Shown here piece by piece: positions 1 through 8,657 of a stretch of 36,473 nucleotides of DNA. The notes below the pieces were generated by a model that searched no databases, had not been told where the DNA came from, and was given only the letters and a program-made list of their open reading frames with translations. Location of the stretch: NCBI GenBank assembly GCA_034432515.1, contig DAOUBZ010000413.1:1-36473 (forward strand), read 5' to 3'. This DNA is from Chloroflexaceae bacterium. GTDB lineage: Bacteria; Chloroflexota; Chloroflexia; Chloroflexales; Chloroflexaceae. Both the position numbers and the translations under genes were made by a program. The stretch's first letter is position 1. Every line of letters begins with the position of its first letter.

Positions 1-70
1 GTTCTGGCGTCTACGCCGCCAGAACCAGCGAGCAAAGCTGGGGTTCGGGGCTTGCCCCGTGAACGACACG
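1..70 (+). repeat. Truncated copy (A1) of dispersed family-A element: hairpin 3' half plus GGGGCTTGCCCC module
   Basis: gttctggcg..cgccagaac stem, then ctggggttcggggcttgcccc. This matches the architecture of the copies at 4157-4246, 17206-17321 and 27830-27946. The window starts inside the 5' arm. Confidence 0.6.
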
Positions 71-71
71 G

Positions 72-1190
72 TCAGGACGGTGCGGCCCAGGCGCGCAGTA
101 GTGCCCGGGCGATGAAGCGCGGTGGGGCGGTGCCACCGAAGGCCCAGGCGACGGCATAGAGGGTGCGCAGCGAGGTGCGGCGCTCGCGACTGAGCAGGTA
201 GACCGGCTCCCAGTCAGTGGGCTGCAGCCTGGCGCGGAAGGCCTCCAGTCCGGCGAAGTGGTAAAAGCGGCGCCCGTGGTCCCGCGCCCAGGCCCGCAGC
301 AGGCGGACCAGCGCACCCTGGCTGGTCTCGGCGCCAGCGGCGGCGCGCGAGAGCGGGGCGAGCCCCAGGGTGATCCAGGCCGCCCCGTCGGCGGCGAGGT
401 CGCGCATGGCACTGTCGATCAAGAGCTCCGTCGTGCCATTGGGGGTACCAGTACCGCGCACGATCTGCTCGAAGAGCCAGCCGGCGCGCCGGGGGACGGG
501 CGTGGCCACCAGGTAGGCCACAGGTGTCCCGTGGCGCCGGGCAACGAAGACACGCCGCCCCTCGGGCGCCAACAGGGTGGCAGGCTCGACGAGGAAGTGC
601 ATGGGTGGAAGCCCGCGGCTGGCGAGCCACTCGTTCAGGCAGCGCTGCAACTCCGGCTGGCGGGCGGCTTGCTCGGCGGGCCAGGCGTCGATCGCAACGT
701 CCTTGTTGCGCGCGCGGGCGATCTGGCTGCGCAGCGTGGCCTTGCGCGCGACGATCGCCGGCCAGCCCCGCGGGTCCCACACGGGCTGCGCGCCGATCAG
801 CAGGCGGGCCAGGGGGCCAGTGGCGGCCAGGTCGTCGGCCTCCGGCTCATGGGCGCCGAAGTAGCACACCCGTCGCCCCTGGCGCGCCGCCGCCGCCTCG
901 AAGGCCTGGGCCACGGCCGCGCGGCGCTCGGGCGCGCAGACCGGAGCGCCAGCCGCCATCCAGACGCCACCGGCGGCGACATAGCCGACCACCGCGTCCT
1001 GGGCGGGGCTGAACCAGTGGGCGATCCCGGGGTTGACGATCTGGCAGGAGACGGTATTCCAGCCGTGGCGGGCCACCAGCGCGCGCGCCAGTTCACGTTG
1101 CGCCGCCGCGTCAACGGGCAGCGGCGCCGTGCTGGGAGCAACGCGCTCGATCCGGAGGGACGTCACGGCCCATGCTGATCGCCGGGTCAT
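72..1190 (-). CDS. DUF2156 / lysyl-phosphatidylglycerol-synthase C-terminal-domain family protein
   Basis: C-terminal region (LIDSAMRDL..ITLGLAPLS..FYHFAGLEAFRARLQPTDWEPVYLL) resembles the MprF C-terminal (DUF2156) family. The track ORF begins at a GTG at 1385 inside a terminator-like hairpin. I trimmed to the ATG at 1190 (MTRRSAW), which has no clear SD, so the start is uncertain. Confidence 0.6.
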   Translation of the reverse strand: MTRRSAWAVTSLRIERVAPSTAPLPVDAAAQRELARALVARHGWNTVSCQIVNPGIAHWFSPAQDAVVGYVAAGGVWMAAGAPVCAPERRAAVAQAFEAAAARQGRRVCYFGAHEPEADDLAATGPLARLLIGAQPVWDPRGWPAIVARKATLRSQIARARNKDVAIDAWPAEQAARQPELQRCLNEWLASRGLPPMHFLVEPATLLAPEGRRVFVARRHGTPVAYLVATPVPRRAGWLFEQIVRGTGTPNGTTELLIDSAMRDLAADGAAWITLGLAPLSRAAAGAETSQGALVRLLRAWARDHGRRFYHFAGLEAFRARLQPTDWEPVYLLSRERRTSLRTLYAVAWAFGGTAPPRFIARALLRAWAAPS

Positions 1191-1372
1191 CGGAAGCGCC
1201 GCCGCTGCTGCTGACAGAGCGCGAGAGACGGGGCTCGCGCGGGGCAGGCTTCGCCGCCCGGTCGGGCCTGCGTAACCCTGACGGCGCTGGTCGCAGCCCG
1301 GGTATGCGCGCGGATGGATGCTGGCATAGCTGGCATATTTCCCCGTTATACCAGATGAAAACTGGCCCCCGT

Positions 1373-1396
1373 ACGGACGCAGCACGCTGCGTCCGT
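1373..1396 (-). terminator. Hairpin downstream of the amidase gene (candidate intrinsic terminator)
   Basis: acggacgcagc-ac-gctgcgtccgt, an 11-bp perfect stem about 30 nt after the amidase stop. On the minus strand it is followed within about 10 nt by GTTTTCAT. A third copy of gctgcgtcc lies nearby and allows alternative pairing. Confidence 0.35.
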
Positions 1397-1427
1397 GCTA
1401 TGCTGCGTCCCGCTCCCTATTTTCACC

Positions 1428-3005
1428 TCAGAGCGCAAGCGACGCCAGGTAGCCCGGTGGGCGGCGGGCCTGCGTGCCCTGTTCGAAGGCATAGGCAAGC
1501 CGGATTAGCGTGGGCTCGCTGTAGGCCCCGGCCATAAAGCTGATCCCGACCGGCAGGCCGAAGGCCGTCCCGGCGGGGACGGTGAGCAGGGGGTAACCGG
1601 CCCGCGCAGCGAAGGAGGAACTGCCGCCACCGTAGCGATCGCCGGCGAGCAGATCGCTGAGCCAGGCGGGCTGCATGGTCAGCGCGACGATCGCGTCGAG
1701 GCGCTGCTCGGCCATGACCCCGTCGATCAGGGCGCGCGTCTCGTCGCGGCTGCGAGCCAGGGCCGCGCGGTACTCCTCGCTGTCCAGCCCGCCTTTGGCC
1801 GCGGCCAGCACAAAGATCTCCTGGCCGAAGTAGCGCAACTCGACTGCGCGCTGCGCCTCGTTGAAGGCGATCAACTCCTCCAGGCTGCGCGGGATGGCTG
1901 CGTCCGGGTAATCGGGATGCGCGACCCGGGTGGCGAGGTAGTCGGCGATGGCCTGCTTGAACTCGTAGAGCAGCACCGTGAACTCGGCGCCCTGCAGGTA
2001 GCCCTCGCTCGTCGCGAGGTGCAGTGGGTCAACCAGTTCGGCGCCGAGGCCGGCGATGGCCTGCAGCGCCGACGCGAAGACCGCGTCGGCGTGCTGGTTG
2101 TAGCCCACCGTGCCCGGGTCGCGCAGCACGCCGATGCGCGCGCCGTGCAGCCCGTCGCGGTCGAGGAAGGCACGGTAGTCGATGTGGGCGTGGACGGCCG
2201 CAACGGCCGTGGCCGGGTCGCGCGGGTCGGGCCCGGCGATCGCGCCGAGGATGGTGGCGGCATCGGCCACCGAGCGGGCATGTGGCCCGACAGTATCCTG
2301 GCTTGGCGAGATGGGCACCACCCCGGCGCGGCTGGTGAGACCGACGGTGGGCTTGAGGCCGACGACGCCACAGAGGGCCGAGGGGCAGACGATCGAGCCA
2401 TCGGTCTCGGTGCCGATGGCAGCCGCGCAGAAACTGGCGGCAACGGCCACCGCTGAGCCGGAGCTCGAGCCGCACGGGTTGCGGTCGAGCACATAGGGGT
2501 TCTTCGTCTGGCCGCCACGGGCGCTCCAGCCGCTTGTGGAACGGGTGGAGCGGAAGTTGGCCCACTCGCTCAGGTTGGTCTTGCCGAGGATGAGCGCACC
2601 GGCGGCACGCAGCCGGGCAACCACGGTAGCGTCCTGGGAGGGTCGCGAGCCGACGAGCGCCAGCGAGCCGGCGGTGGTGGCCATGCGATCGGCGGTGTCG
2701 AGGTTATCCTTGAGCAGGATCGGGATGCCGTGGAGCGGGCCACGGGTCGTTCCAGCGGCCCGCTCGGCGTCGAGCGCACGGGCGAGCGCCAGGGCCTCGG
2801 GGTTGAGCTCGATCACCGCGCGCAGGGTAGGGCCGCTGCGATCCAGCGCCGCGATGCGAGCCAGACAGGCCTCGGCCAGGGCCAGGGCCGTCAGGCGCCC
2901 CGTGGTCATGGCGGCCTGCAGGTCAGCGATGCTGGCCTCGTAGATTGCCGGGCCGATGTTGGCGGTATCGTGGGCGAGGTCGCCCGCGGGCGTTGGCGTC
3001 GGCAT
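1428..3005 (-). CDS. Amidase-signature family amidase
   Basis: Amidase signature [12 protein letters not shown] and catalytic-Lys context LLKDNLDT. Start trimmed to the ATG at 3005 (MPTPTPAG), preceded by AGGAG 7 nt upstream. The longer track ORF (to 3206) lacks an SD. Confidence 0.85.
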   Translation of the reverse strand: MPTPTPAGDLAHDTANIGPAIYEASIADLQAAMTTGRLTALALAEACLARIAALDRSGPTLRAVIELNPEALALARALDAERAAGTTRGPLHGIPILLKDNLDTADRMATTAGSLALVGSRPSQDATVVARLRAAGALILGKTNLSEWANFRSTRSTSGWSARGGQTKNPYVLDRNPCGSSSGSAVAVAASFCAAAIGTETDGSIVCPSALCGVVGLKPTVGLTSRAGVVPISPSQDTVGPHARSVADAATILGAIAGPDPRDPATAVAAVHAHIDYRAFLDRDGLHGARIGVLRDPGTVGYNQHADAVFASALQAIAGLGAELVDPLHLATSEGYLQGAEFTVLLYEFKQAIADYLATRVAHPDYPDAAIPRSLEELIAFNEAQRAVELRYFGQEIFVLAAAKGGLDSEEYRAALARSRDETRALIDGVMAEQRLDAIVALTMQPAWLSDLLAGDRYGGGSSSFAARAGYPLLTVPAGTAFGLPVGISFMAGAYSEPTLIRLAYAFEQGTQARRPPGYLASLAL

Positions 3006-3175
3006 CGCGGTGCTCCTGGTAGGCACGGCATCCATTCGCGGGCACAGCACTGCGTCGAGGTACGTGGTCAGCGTTGGGGTACCCACGCAAGCCCGGGAGA
3101 CATGTGAACACGTACGTGTCGAGGTCTCCGAAGCTTTCTGCTGAGTGCGAGCGGCGCCGATCGCTGCGCCGAGGT

Positions 3176-3976
3176 TCAGCTCTGACCGATCGACGGATCG
3201 TGGCACAGCCTGGCCCCGAGCCCCTGCGAGATCTGCGCAGCAGTGGTCCGGACCAGCGTGGCAAGGGCGAGAAGCTGATCTGCTTGCAGGCGGTCGTTCG
3301 GGCCGGCCACGCTCACGGCGGCAACGACGCGGCCCTGGTGATCGCGGATCGGCGCAGCGACGGACGTGGCCCCCATATCGAGGTCATTGATCGCAACGCC
3401 GAAGCCCTGGGCCCGGATCTGCGCCAGTTCCTCAGCGAGGCGGGCACGATCCGTCTGGGTGGCGCTGGTCATCGGGGTGAGCGGCAGTTTGTCGAGGAGT
3501 TGCGGCTGATCGAGGACCTGGTAGGCCAGGAGCACGCGTGGCACCCCACCGGCGTGGAGCGGGGCACGGCGGCCAATCTCGGCGTAGAGCCGCACCGGGT
3601 GCTTGCTCTCGCGCTTCGCGATACATACGGCCTCGGTGCCGTCGATCACACCGAGAAAGACCGTCTCGCCGGTAGCCTCAGCCAGCTGGTCGAGCAGCGG
3701 CGCGGCTACCTCGGGGAGGTGCAGGTTCTGGCGCACGGCCTCGCCAAACTGGAGCAGTTTCAGGCCCAGGCGGTAGTTCTTTGTCTCCGCATGCTGGATG
3801 ACGAACCCCTGCTGCTCAAGCGTGGCCAGGATGCGGAATGCGCGGCTCTTGTTCAGGCCGAGCCGCGCAGCGATCGCGCTCAGCCCCAGCCCCTGTCCAT
3901 TAGCGACGAGCAGTTCCTCCAGGGCGCGCAGGGCGCAATCGAGCACAGAAATACGGTAGTCACGCCCTTCGGCCAT
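3176..3976 (-). CDS. IclR-family transcriptional regulator
   Basis: N-terminal winged HTH (LSAIAARLGLNKSRAFRILATLEQQGFV) plus an IclR-type effector domain of typical length. ATG at 3976 (MAEGRDY) with GGGAG upstream. Confidence 0.85.
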   Translation of the reverse strand: MAEGRDYRISVLDCALRALEELLVANGQGLGLSAIAARLGLNKSRAFRILATLEQQGFVIQHAETKNYRLGLKLLQFGEAVRQNLHLPEVAAPLLDQLAEATGETVFLGVIDGTEAVCIAKRESKHPVRLYAEIGRRAPLHAGGVPRVLLAYQVLDQPQLLDKLPLTPMTSATQTDRARLAEELAQIRAQGFGVAINDLDMGATSVAAPIRDHQGRVVAAVSVAGPNDRLQADQLLALATLVRTTAAQISQGLGARLCHDPSIGQS

Positions 3977-4087
3977 AACTCTCCCTGGGCGAGACCTCAA
4001 GAGTTCGCCTGGTAAAACCTTAGTTCATTCTTCACCCATACGATCACTATACCTAGAGCTTTTTGATCTGTCAAGGAACGCCGAGCG

Positions 4088-4292
4088 GCAGCCAGGGCTA
4101 CGTCACAGTCCGCATCCCGCGGTGGGGTATTGGGCAGCTACGCCGCCCCACGAAGTGATTGTTCGCTGGTGTTGGCGGCTGCGCCGCCAACACCAGCGAA
4201 CAATCAGGGGTCTGGGGCTTGCCCCAAAGACTTTGCGCAAGCCCTGAGGCAGCAGCCAGGACCACGTCACAGTCCGCATCCCGCGGTGGGGT
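4088..4292 (+). repeat. Family-A element copy A2 flanked by a 41-bp direct repeat
   Basis: Perfect 23-bp hairpin 4157-4179 / 4183-4205 (gattgttcgctggtgttggcggc-tgc-gccgccaacaccagcgaacaatc). Module aggggtctggggcttgccccaaagactttgcgcaagccc follows at 4206-4246. The block is bracketed by gcagccagg(g/a)c(t/c)acgtcacagtccgcatcccgcggtggggt at 4088-4128 and 4252-4292 (164-bp period, 2 mismatches). Confidence 0.8.
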
Positions 4293-4306
4293 GTGGGATC
4301 GCCCCC

Positions 4307-5734
4307 CTACGACCCCATCAGGTAGCGATGGATGCCCTCGGCGGCGGCGCGCCCCTCGGCGATCGCCCAGACCACCAGCGATTGACCGCGGCGCATGTCG
4401 CCAGCGGCAAACACGCCAGGGAGCGAGGTCATCTTGCGATCGTCGGTAACCGGCGTGCCCTGGGGGGTGAGGGCCAGGCCGGACTGGGCGAGCGGGCCAT
4501 CGCGCCGCGGCCCCACGAAGCCCATCGCCAGCAGCACCAGCTCGCAGGGCAGCGTGAACTCGGAGCCGGGGACGTCCTCCATCTGCAGCTGCCCGCTGGC
4601 ATCGGGCGTCCAGCGCACCTCAACGGCTTCGACCGCCGCCACCCGGCCCAGCGCGTCGCCGATCAGGCGCCGCGTGCGGACGCTGTAGCGGCGCTCGCCG
4701 CCCTCCTCGTGCGAGGACGAGGTGCGGAGAACGCGCGGCCATTCGGGCCAGGGATTGTCGGGCGCCCGGCGCTGCGGGGGACGTGGCAACAGCTCGAAGG
4801 AGGTGACCGAGGCCGCACCCTCGCGCAGCGCGGTGCCGACACAGTCGGCGCCGGTGTCACCGCCGCCGATCACCAGCACCCGCTTGCCGTGCACGCTGAT
4901 CGCCTGCTGCGGGTCGATTGCCTCGCCCGCACAGCGGCGGTTCTGCTGGCGGAGCAGTTCCATCGCGAAGTGGACGCCCTGCAGCTCCCGCCCCTCGACG
5001 GCCAGGTCACGCGGCTGCTGGGCGCCACCCGCCAGCAGGACGGCGTCGAAGCCGTCGCGCAACTCAGCGAGCGGCACGTCAACGCCGACATTGATCCCGG
5101 TCAGGAACCGCACACCCTCGGCCTCCAGCTGGGCCAGGCGCCGGTCGAGTATTGCCTTCTCCAGCTTGAAGTCGGGGATGCCATAGCGCAACAGGCCACC
5201 GACGCGGTCGTCGCGCTCGAAGACCGAGACTTCGTGGCCCAGGCGGCGCAACTGCTGCGCCGCGGCCAGGCCAGCCGGCCCGGAGCCAACGATGGCGATG
5301 CGCTTGCCAGTGAGCTGGCGGGGTGGCTCAGGCCGCACCAGGCCGTGCTCGAAGCCCCACTCGATGATCCGCAGCTCGACCATGCGGATCGCCACGGGCT
5401 CAAAATTGAGGCTGAGCGAGCACGAGCCCTCGCAGAGCGCCGGGCAGAGGTGGCCGGTAAACTCGGGGAAGTTGTTGTCGCGGTGCAACTGGGCCAGCGC
5501 CGCCTCCCAGTCGCCCTCAGCGACCCGGTCGTTCCACCAGGGGATGAAGTTGCCCAGCGGGCAGGCAACGTGGCAGTAGGGGATGCCACAGTCCATGCAG
5601 CGGGCAGCCTGCGTGACAACCTCCATGTCCAGCGGCAATTCGTAGACGTCGTGGTAGTCCTGCAGCCGCAGCGCCACGGGTCGGCTGCGGAACTCCTGAC
5701 GCTGATACTTGAGAAAGCCTTCGATCTCGCCCAT
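4307..5734 (-). CDS. gltD: Glutamate synthase small-subunit-like NAD(P)H oxidoreductase (GltD family)
   Basis: N-terminus MGEIEGFLKYQRQEF..RLQDYHDVY. Fe-S Cys motifs CMDCGIPYC and CPLGN. Two dinucleotide folds, IAIVGSGPAGLAAA and VLVIGGGDTGADC. ATG at 5734 (the track start at 5740 is TTG). No gltB is adjacent. Confidence 0.85.
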   Translation of the reverse strand: MGEIEGFLKYQRQEFRSRPVALRLQDYHDVYELPLDMEVVTQAARCMDCGIPYCHVACPLGNFIPWWNDRVAEGDWEAALAQLHRDNNFPEFTGHLCPALCEGSCSLSLNFEPVAIRMVELRIIEWGFEHGLVRPEPPRQLTGKRIAIVGSGPAGLAAAQQLRRLGHEVSVFERDDRVGGLLRYGIPDFKLEKAILDRRLAQLEAEGVRFLTGINVGVDVPLAELRDGFDAVLLAGGAQQPRDLAVEGRELQGVHFAMELLRQQNRRCAGEAIDPQQAISVHGKRVLVIGGGDTGADCVGTALREGAASVTSFELLPRPPQRRAPDNPWPEWPRVLRTSSSHEEGGERRYSVRTRRLIGDALGRVAAVEAVEVRWTPDASGQLQMEDVPGSEFTLPCELVLLAMGFVGPRRDGPLAQSGLALTPQGTPVTDDRKMTSLPGVFAAGDMRRGQSLVVWAIAEGRAAAEGIHRYLMGS

Positions 5735-5954
5735 GAGCAACCTGCCTCTCGTTGAGAACCATGACGCGACCGCGTAGTGGCCCGACGCTGGCTGACATTG
5801 CCGAGAAGCGACGCTGCTACTGGGGGGCCGCTCGCGGGGGCGCGGCGCTGCGCCCCGAATGCGGGTGGCGTGTGCCGGGATGGGAAGAATCTACGCTGTC
5901 TGCGACGGCCCTGGGGTGACAGGCTCGCAACCGGGGCTGGCGCTCTGACAACCA

Positions 5955-6007
5955 GGGGGCAAGGTTGAAGCGCCGCACGGGCGGTGCGGCGCTCCAACCT
6001 TGCCCCC
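5955..6007 (-). terminator. Long GC-rich hairpin just downstream of the cNMP-binding gene
   Basis: 24-bp stem with 1 mismatch (gggggcaaggttgaagcgccgcac / gtgcggcgctccaaccttgccccc), 14 nt after the stop at 6021. No clear U-tract, so terminator function is inferred. Confidence 0.45.
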
Positions 6008-6020
6008 CCGGCGGTCGTAG

Positions 6021-6527
6021 CTACGGTTCAACTGAGGCGCCGGCGGCACTGGCCAGCGCCTCAACGTGCAGATCCTGGATGCGGTCGCGGGCGACCTGGG
6101 CGACCCGGAGCAGCAGTTGGTAGCCAAAGGCCGGGTCGCGCTCGATCTGCGCGCGGAGTGCGCCACAATCGATGGCGACGACCCGGCAGGCTTCCTCTGC
6201 GCGGGCGTTGGAGGTGGCCTTGCTGGGCGGCACCAGGGCCGACCAGGCGAAGATGTCGGTGGCCCGGACCACGCTGACGACGATCTCGCGGGCCTGGCCC
6301 GCCTGCGGTGGCAGCACCGAGCGGCTACCCTTCTCGGGCATACTCAGGCTGATCGCCACACTGCCCTCAAGCACCAGGTAGAGCGTGGTCAGATCGTCGC
6401 CCTCGTTGAAGAAGCGGTGCCCGGCCTCAACGGCAAGCTCCTCGGAGGCCATGGCGATGGTCGTGAGCTGATCAGGGCTGAACCCGGCGAAGAACGGATA
6501 GCGGCGCAGTAACTCTGGGGATACCAT
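6021..6527 (-). CDS. Cyclic-nucleotide-binding-domain protein (single domain, no HTH)
   Basis: LLRRYPFFAGFSPDQL...AGHRFFNEGDDLTTLYLVLEGSV...IFAWSAL is a typical cNMP/Crp-type beta-barrel domain. At 168 aa it has no DNA-binding domain. AGGAG lies 5 nt before the ATG at 6527. Confidence 0.75.
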   Translation of the reverse strand: MVSPELLRRYPFFAGFSPDQLTTIAMASEELAVEAGHRFFNEGDDLTTLYLVLEGSVAISLSMPEKGSRSVLPPQAGQAREIVVSVVRATDIFAWSALVPPSKATSNARAEEACRVVAIDCGALRAQIERDPAFGYQLLLRVAQVARDRIQDLHVEALASAAGASVEP

Positions 6528-6562
6528 GGGTGCTCCTGTTGTTGTTCCCTGCCCCCTGGTAG

Positions 6563-6673
6563 GGTGGAGCGGTGGAGCTGGAAAAACACCTCGACACCTT
6601 CACACCTCGACACCTCCACACCTCCACACCTCCACACCTCCACACCCCTACAGCTCACACCTCCACACCCCCA
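6563..6673. repeat. 8-nt tandem array E1 (CACCTCCA on + strand, TGGAGGTG on the transcribed minus strand)
   Basis: 11 consecutive 8-nt units at 6587-6673. Five are perfect CACCTCCA; variants include CACCTCGA and CACCTTCA. Two inverted units, GGTGGAGC GGTGGAGC (6563-6578), and an A5 run precede them. The array overlaps the last codons and stop of the protease gene. Confidence 0.9.
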
Positions 6674-7146
6674 GGGGGCAGCACCTCGGCCAGCACGGCG
6701 GCGACCGCAGCGGGGATCGCGGCCGCGACGGGAGGTGTGGGCTCTTCACTGAAGTCGAGCACGTCGGTCACGGTGATCGCATAGATCACCAACTCCTCGG
6801 GCAGCGGCAGGCCCATCTGCCGGCCGAGGGCCATGGCGATAGCGAGGCTGGTATCGTGGGGCGAGACGCTCCGCTCGGTCGGCTGCAGCGCCTGGATGTC
6901 GCCCAGGCTCAGGCGGAGCAGGCTGCCCGGAGCCTGATCCGAGCGGCAGAGCGCATCGATCAGGATGGCGCGCTCGTAGCCGATCAGGAGCTCCATCAGC
7001 GCCAGGCCACCGACTGCGGCCGTTGCGACCTCCGCCGGCGGACGGGGCAGCGGCGCCAGCGCGGCGCCCACTGCCTCGGCCACACGCACGCCGACCGCGT
7101 CGTCGGTAAGGATGGAATTGCCAAGCCCGAGTACGAGCGTTCGCAT
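6655..7146 (-). CDS. [NiFe] hydrogenase maturation endopeptidase (HyaD/HybD/FrhD family)
   Basis: MRTLVLGLGNSILTDDAVGVRV carries the GxGNxxxxDDxxG motif. Size is about 160 aa and it lies immediately downstream of the large subunit. ATG at 7146, preceded by AGGTGA. Confidence 0.8.
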   Translation of the reverse strand: MRTLVLGLGNSILTDDAVGVRVAEAVGAALAPLPRPPAEVATAAVGGLALMELLIGYERAILIDALCRSDQAPGSLLRLSLGDIQALQPTERSVSPHDTSLAIAMALGRQMGLPLPEELVIYAITVTDVLDFSEEPTPPVAAAIPAAVAAVLAEVLPPGGVEV

Positions 7147-7155
7147 GATGGTCAC

Positions 7156-8646
7156 CTAGTCTACGTACTGGCTCAACCGCTGCAGTTCGGCCCCGGCGGC
7201 GTCGCGGATCACGACCTCGAGCGGCATCTGGCCGGGCAGGGCGTGGGTTGCGCAGCCGAAGCAGGGGTCGTAGGCGCGGAAGCCCATCTCAATGCGGTTG
7301 AGCAGTCCCTCGGTGATCACCGTGCCTTTCTGGATCAGGCCCATGGCGGCCTTCTTGACCGACATGGCGATTGGAGCGTAGTTGTTGGTGGTGCCGACGA
7401 TCAGGTTGACCCGGGTGAGGATGCCGCGCTCGTCGGTCCAGTAGTGGTGAGTGAGCGTGCCACGCGGCGCCTCGACCGAGCCGACGCCCTCGGTGGGGGT
7501 GGTGGTGATCGGCGCGCGGACGCGCGGGTCGGTGATCTCGGGGTCGGTGGCCAGTTCGAGCATGCGCTCGGCGGCATAGAGCAGTTCGACCAGCCGCGCC
7601 CAGTGGGTGGCCAGGCGGAAGTGGACCGGCTGGTAGCGCCCGTTGACCCGCTTGCTGCCCAGCGTCTCGTAGAACTTCTCGTAGGCCTCCTGCGCGCGTG
7701 GCGTGGCCATGCCGTCGGCGGCGTTGAGCCGCGAGAGCGGCGTGGCGGTGTACACACCGCTCGCCTTGCCGTCCTCGAAGCCCTTCCAGCCGATGTCCTT
7801 GAGGTACGGGAACTTCAGGTAGGTCCAGGTCTCGCTGTGCTCGGCGATGTGTTTGGCGTAGTCGCGGGGATGATACTTCACATACTCGGCGCCATCCGGA
7901 TCGACCACACGGATCATGCCGTCGTAGAAATTGGCGTGGTTGTTGGCGTCAACCGTGCCCATCGAGTAGGTGCGGTGGGTGAAGGTATCGGAGAGGATGA
8001 GCTCGACGTACTGTGGATTGCCCAGCACCAGGTCCTCGAACAGCTTGAGGCTGAAGAGGGCGAAGTCCACATTCTGGCGCGCAACCTCCTCGACGGCCTG
8101 GCGCTCATCAGCTGAGATGGCCTTGCTCCAGCCGCCGGGCAGCCCGGCGACCGGGTGGACGCCGCGGCCGCCGAGCATCCTGATCACGCGGTGATTGCGC
8201 ACGCGGGCGTCGATCACCTGCTTGCCGATCTCGAGGCCCACCTTGTGCACCACGCCAAGGATGTTGCGCTCGGCGGGGGGCGCATCGGGACCCATCACGA
8301 AGTCGGGCCCGGCCAGGGCGTAGAAGTGCGTGGTATGGTCGGCCACATAGAAGGCCGAGTAGAACATCTCACGCAGCTTCTTCGCCACCGGCGGGGGATC
8401 AACGTGAAACAGGGCGTCGAGTGTCTTGGTCGAGGCGATGTGGTGGGCCTCCGGGCAAACGCCGCAGATCCGGTCGGTGATGCGCGGCATCTCCTCGGCG
8501 GGCCGGCCCACGCAGAACTGCTCGAAGCCGCGCAACTCGGGCACAATGAAGTAGGCGTTGGCCACGTCACCCTCATCGTTGAGGAAAATATCGATCCGGC
8601 CGTGGCCCTCCAGCCGGGTGACGGGATCGATCGTGATTCGTTTCAT
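7156..8646 (-). CDS. mvhA: [NiFe] hydrogenase large subunit, Mvh/group-3c-like
   Basis: N-terminal RLEGHG and RICGVCPEAHH motifs. C-terminal DPCFGCATH nickel-binding motif, followed by a 28-aa tail (substrate for the adjacent protease). GAAGGAG SD 7 nt before the ATG. Lies in an hdrABC-mvhD context. Confidence 0.9.
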   Translation of the reverse strand: MKRITIDPVTRLEGHGRIDIFLNDEGDVANAYFIVPELRGFEQFCVGRPAEEMPRITDRICGVCPEAHHIASTKTLDALFHVDPPPVAKKLREMFYSAFYVADHTTHFYALAGPDFVMGPDAPPAERNILGVVHKVGLEIGKQVIDARVRNHRVIRMLGGRGVHPVAGLPGGWSKAISADERQAVEEVARQNVDFALFSLKLFEDLVLGNPQYVELILSDTFTHRTYSMGTVDANNHANFYDGMIRVVDPDGAEYVKYHPRDYAKHIAEHSETWTYLKFPYLKDIGWKGFEDGKASGVYTATPLSRLNAADGMATPRAQEAYEKFYETLGSKRVNGRYQPVHFRLATHWARLVELLYAAERMLELATDPEITDPRVRAPITTTPTEGVGSVEAPRGTLTHHYWTDERGILTRVNLIVGTTNNYAPIAMSVKKAAMGLIQKGTVITEGLLNRIEMGFRAYDPCFGCATHALPGQMPLEVVIRDAAGAELQRLSQYVD

Positions 8647-8657
8647 ACGCGTCTCCT

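Noticed and set aside
6564-6784. ORFs encoding HLHTSTPP-type peptide repeats (6564-6752 and 6572-6784 on +; similar text in 9286-9789 on -).
   Set aside because: The periodicity is 8 nt, not a multiple of 3. The apparent peptide repeat is a by-product of the CACCTCCA array. There is no SD, and the ORFs overlap the protease gene antisense.
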